From Anaeromyxobacteraceae bacterium (lineage in GTDB: Bacteria; Myxococcota; Myxococcia; Myxococcales; Anaeromyxobacteraceae): DNA of 64,000 bases. The notes beneath the pieces were generated by a model, which saw nothing but the letters and a program-made list of their open reading frames with translations, had not been told where the DNA came from and ran no database searches. A program made the translations under genes and the position numbers. This document shows, in pieces, positions 63,440 to 64,000 of this stretch. The DNA lies in assembly GCA_047602405.1 (NCBI GenBank), contig JASGHJ010000001.1:576001-640000 (forward strand), given 5' to 3'. The stretch's first letter is position 1. The number at the start of each line of letters is the position of its first letter.

Positions 63440-64000
63440 AGCGCCTGGCCGCGGTGCGGCGGGTGCTCGCCGAGACGCTCGAGGGCATCCAGATCGCCGT
63501 CGGCAACCTCGCCGGCGCGCGGCTCAGGAGCGCGCTCACGACGCTCGGCATCGTCATCGGCGTGATGACGGTCATCACCATCGTCGCGATCATCCAGGGG
63601 CTCAACAAGTCGTTCGAGGCCCAGATCGCGAACCTCGGCGCGCACACGCTCTACGTGTCGAAGTGGGCCTGGTTCACGAACGGCCGCGACGCGTGGTGGG
63701 AGCTGCGCAACCGCAAGGACATGGGGAAGAAGGAGCTGCACGCGGTCGAGCAGCAGGCGACCCTCGCCGCCGTGGTGGCGCCGCAGCTCTTCACGCGGAC
63801 CGATCTCAAGCGCGGCGACCTCGAGACCCCGAACATCCAGCTCATCGGCACGAACGCGCAGTACCTCGCCACCGGCGCCGGCAACGTCGCGGCGGGCCGG
63901 TTCCTCGTCGAGACCGACGTGGACCTCTCCCGCTCGGTGGTGGTGCTCGGCTCCGACGTCGCCGACCGGCTCTTCCCGGGCTTCGAGAAGGAGCAGGTCC
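63436..64000 (+). CDS. MacB-like ABC permease (runs off the window end)
   Basis: Manual translation from ATG 63436 gives [28 protein letters not shown]...GRFL...VVVLG. Confidence 0.9.
   Translation, partial: MKRLAAVRRVLAETLEGIQIAVGNLAGARLRSALTTLGIVIGVMTVITIVAIIQGLNKSFEAQIANLGAHTLYVSKWAWFTNGRDAWWELRNRKDMGKKELHAVEQQATLAAVVAPQLFTRTDLKRGDLETPNIQLIGTNAQYLATGAGNVAAGRFLVETDVDLSRSVVVLGSDVADRLFPGFEKEQV

Noticed and set aside
59219..64000. YIP1-TolC-adaptor-ABC operon as a novel secretion system
   Set aside because: It matches a common MacAB-TolC-like exporter layout, and no cargo is evident in the window.

Overview
A very GC-rich bacterial window whose gene content suggests a myxobacterium such as Anaeromyxobacter (inferred, not proven). 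Most of it is ordinary metabolic, signalling and envelope genes, including fadH, ilvD, panE, an acyl-CoA dehydrogenase, ppx and a MacAB-TolC-like exporter. Many long ORFs in the supplied track are GC-rich shadow frames. Four things stand out. (1) A 2.2-kb transposase-free element (24055-26252) carries only a large TnpB-like RuvC nuclease with all three catalytic acids present. It has perfect 15-bp terminal inverted repeats and a TA duplication, and it sits in the shared CTAG stop of two convergent genes so that both stops are regenerated. Its right end folds into a nested omega-RNA-like structure. (2) A seven-gene inositol-glycolipid cluster resembles the actinobacterial PI/PIM pathway: ino1, a CDP-alcohol phosphatidyltransferase, a PimA-like GT4, two acyltransferases, a metallophosphoesterase and an MMPL transporter. 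It is preceded by an unassigned structured leader. (3) A 44-bp double-hairpin tandem repeat has dispersed copies elsewhere in the window. (4) There are two single-base frameshifted genes and several degenerate or repurposed proteins. All functional calls come from motif recognition by eye; no database search or folding program was run.
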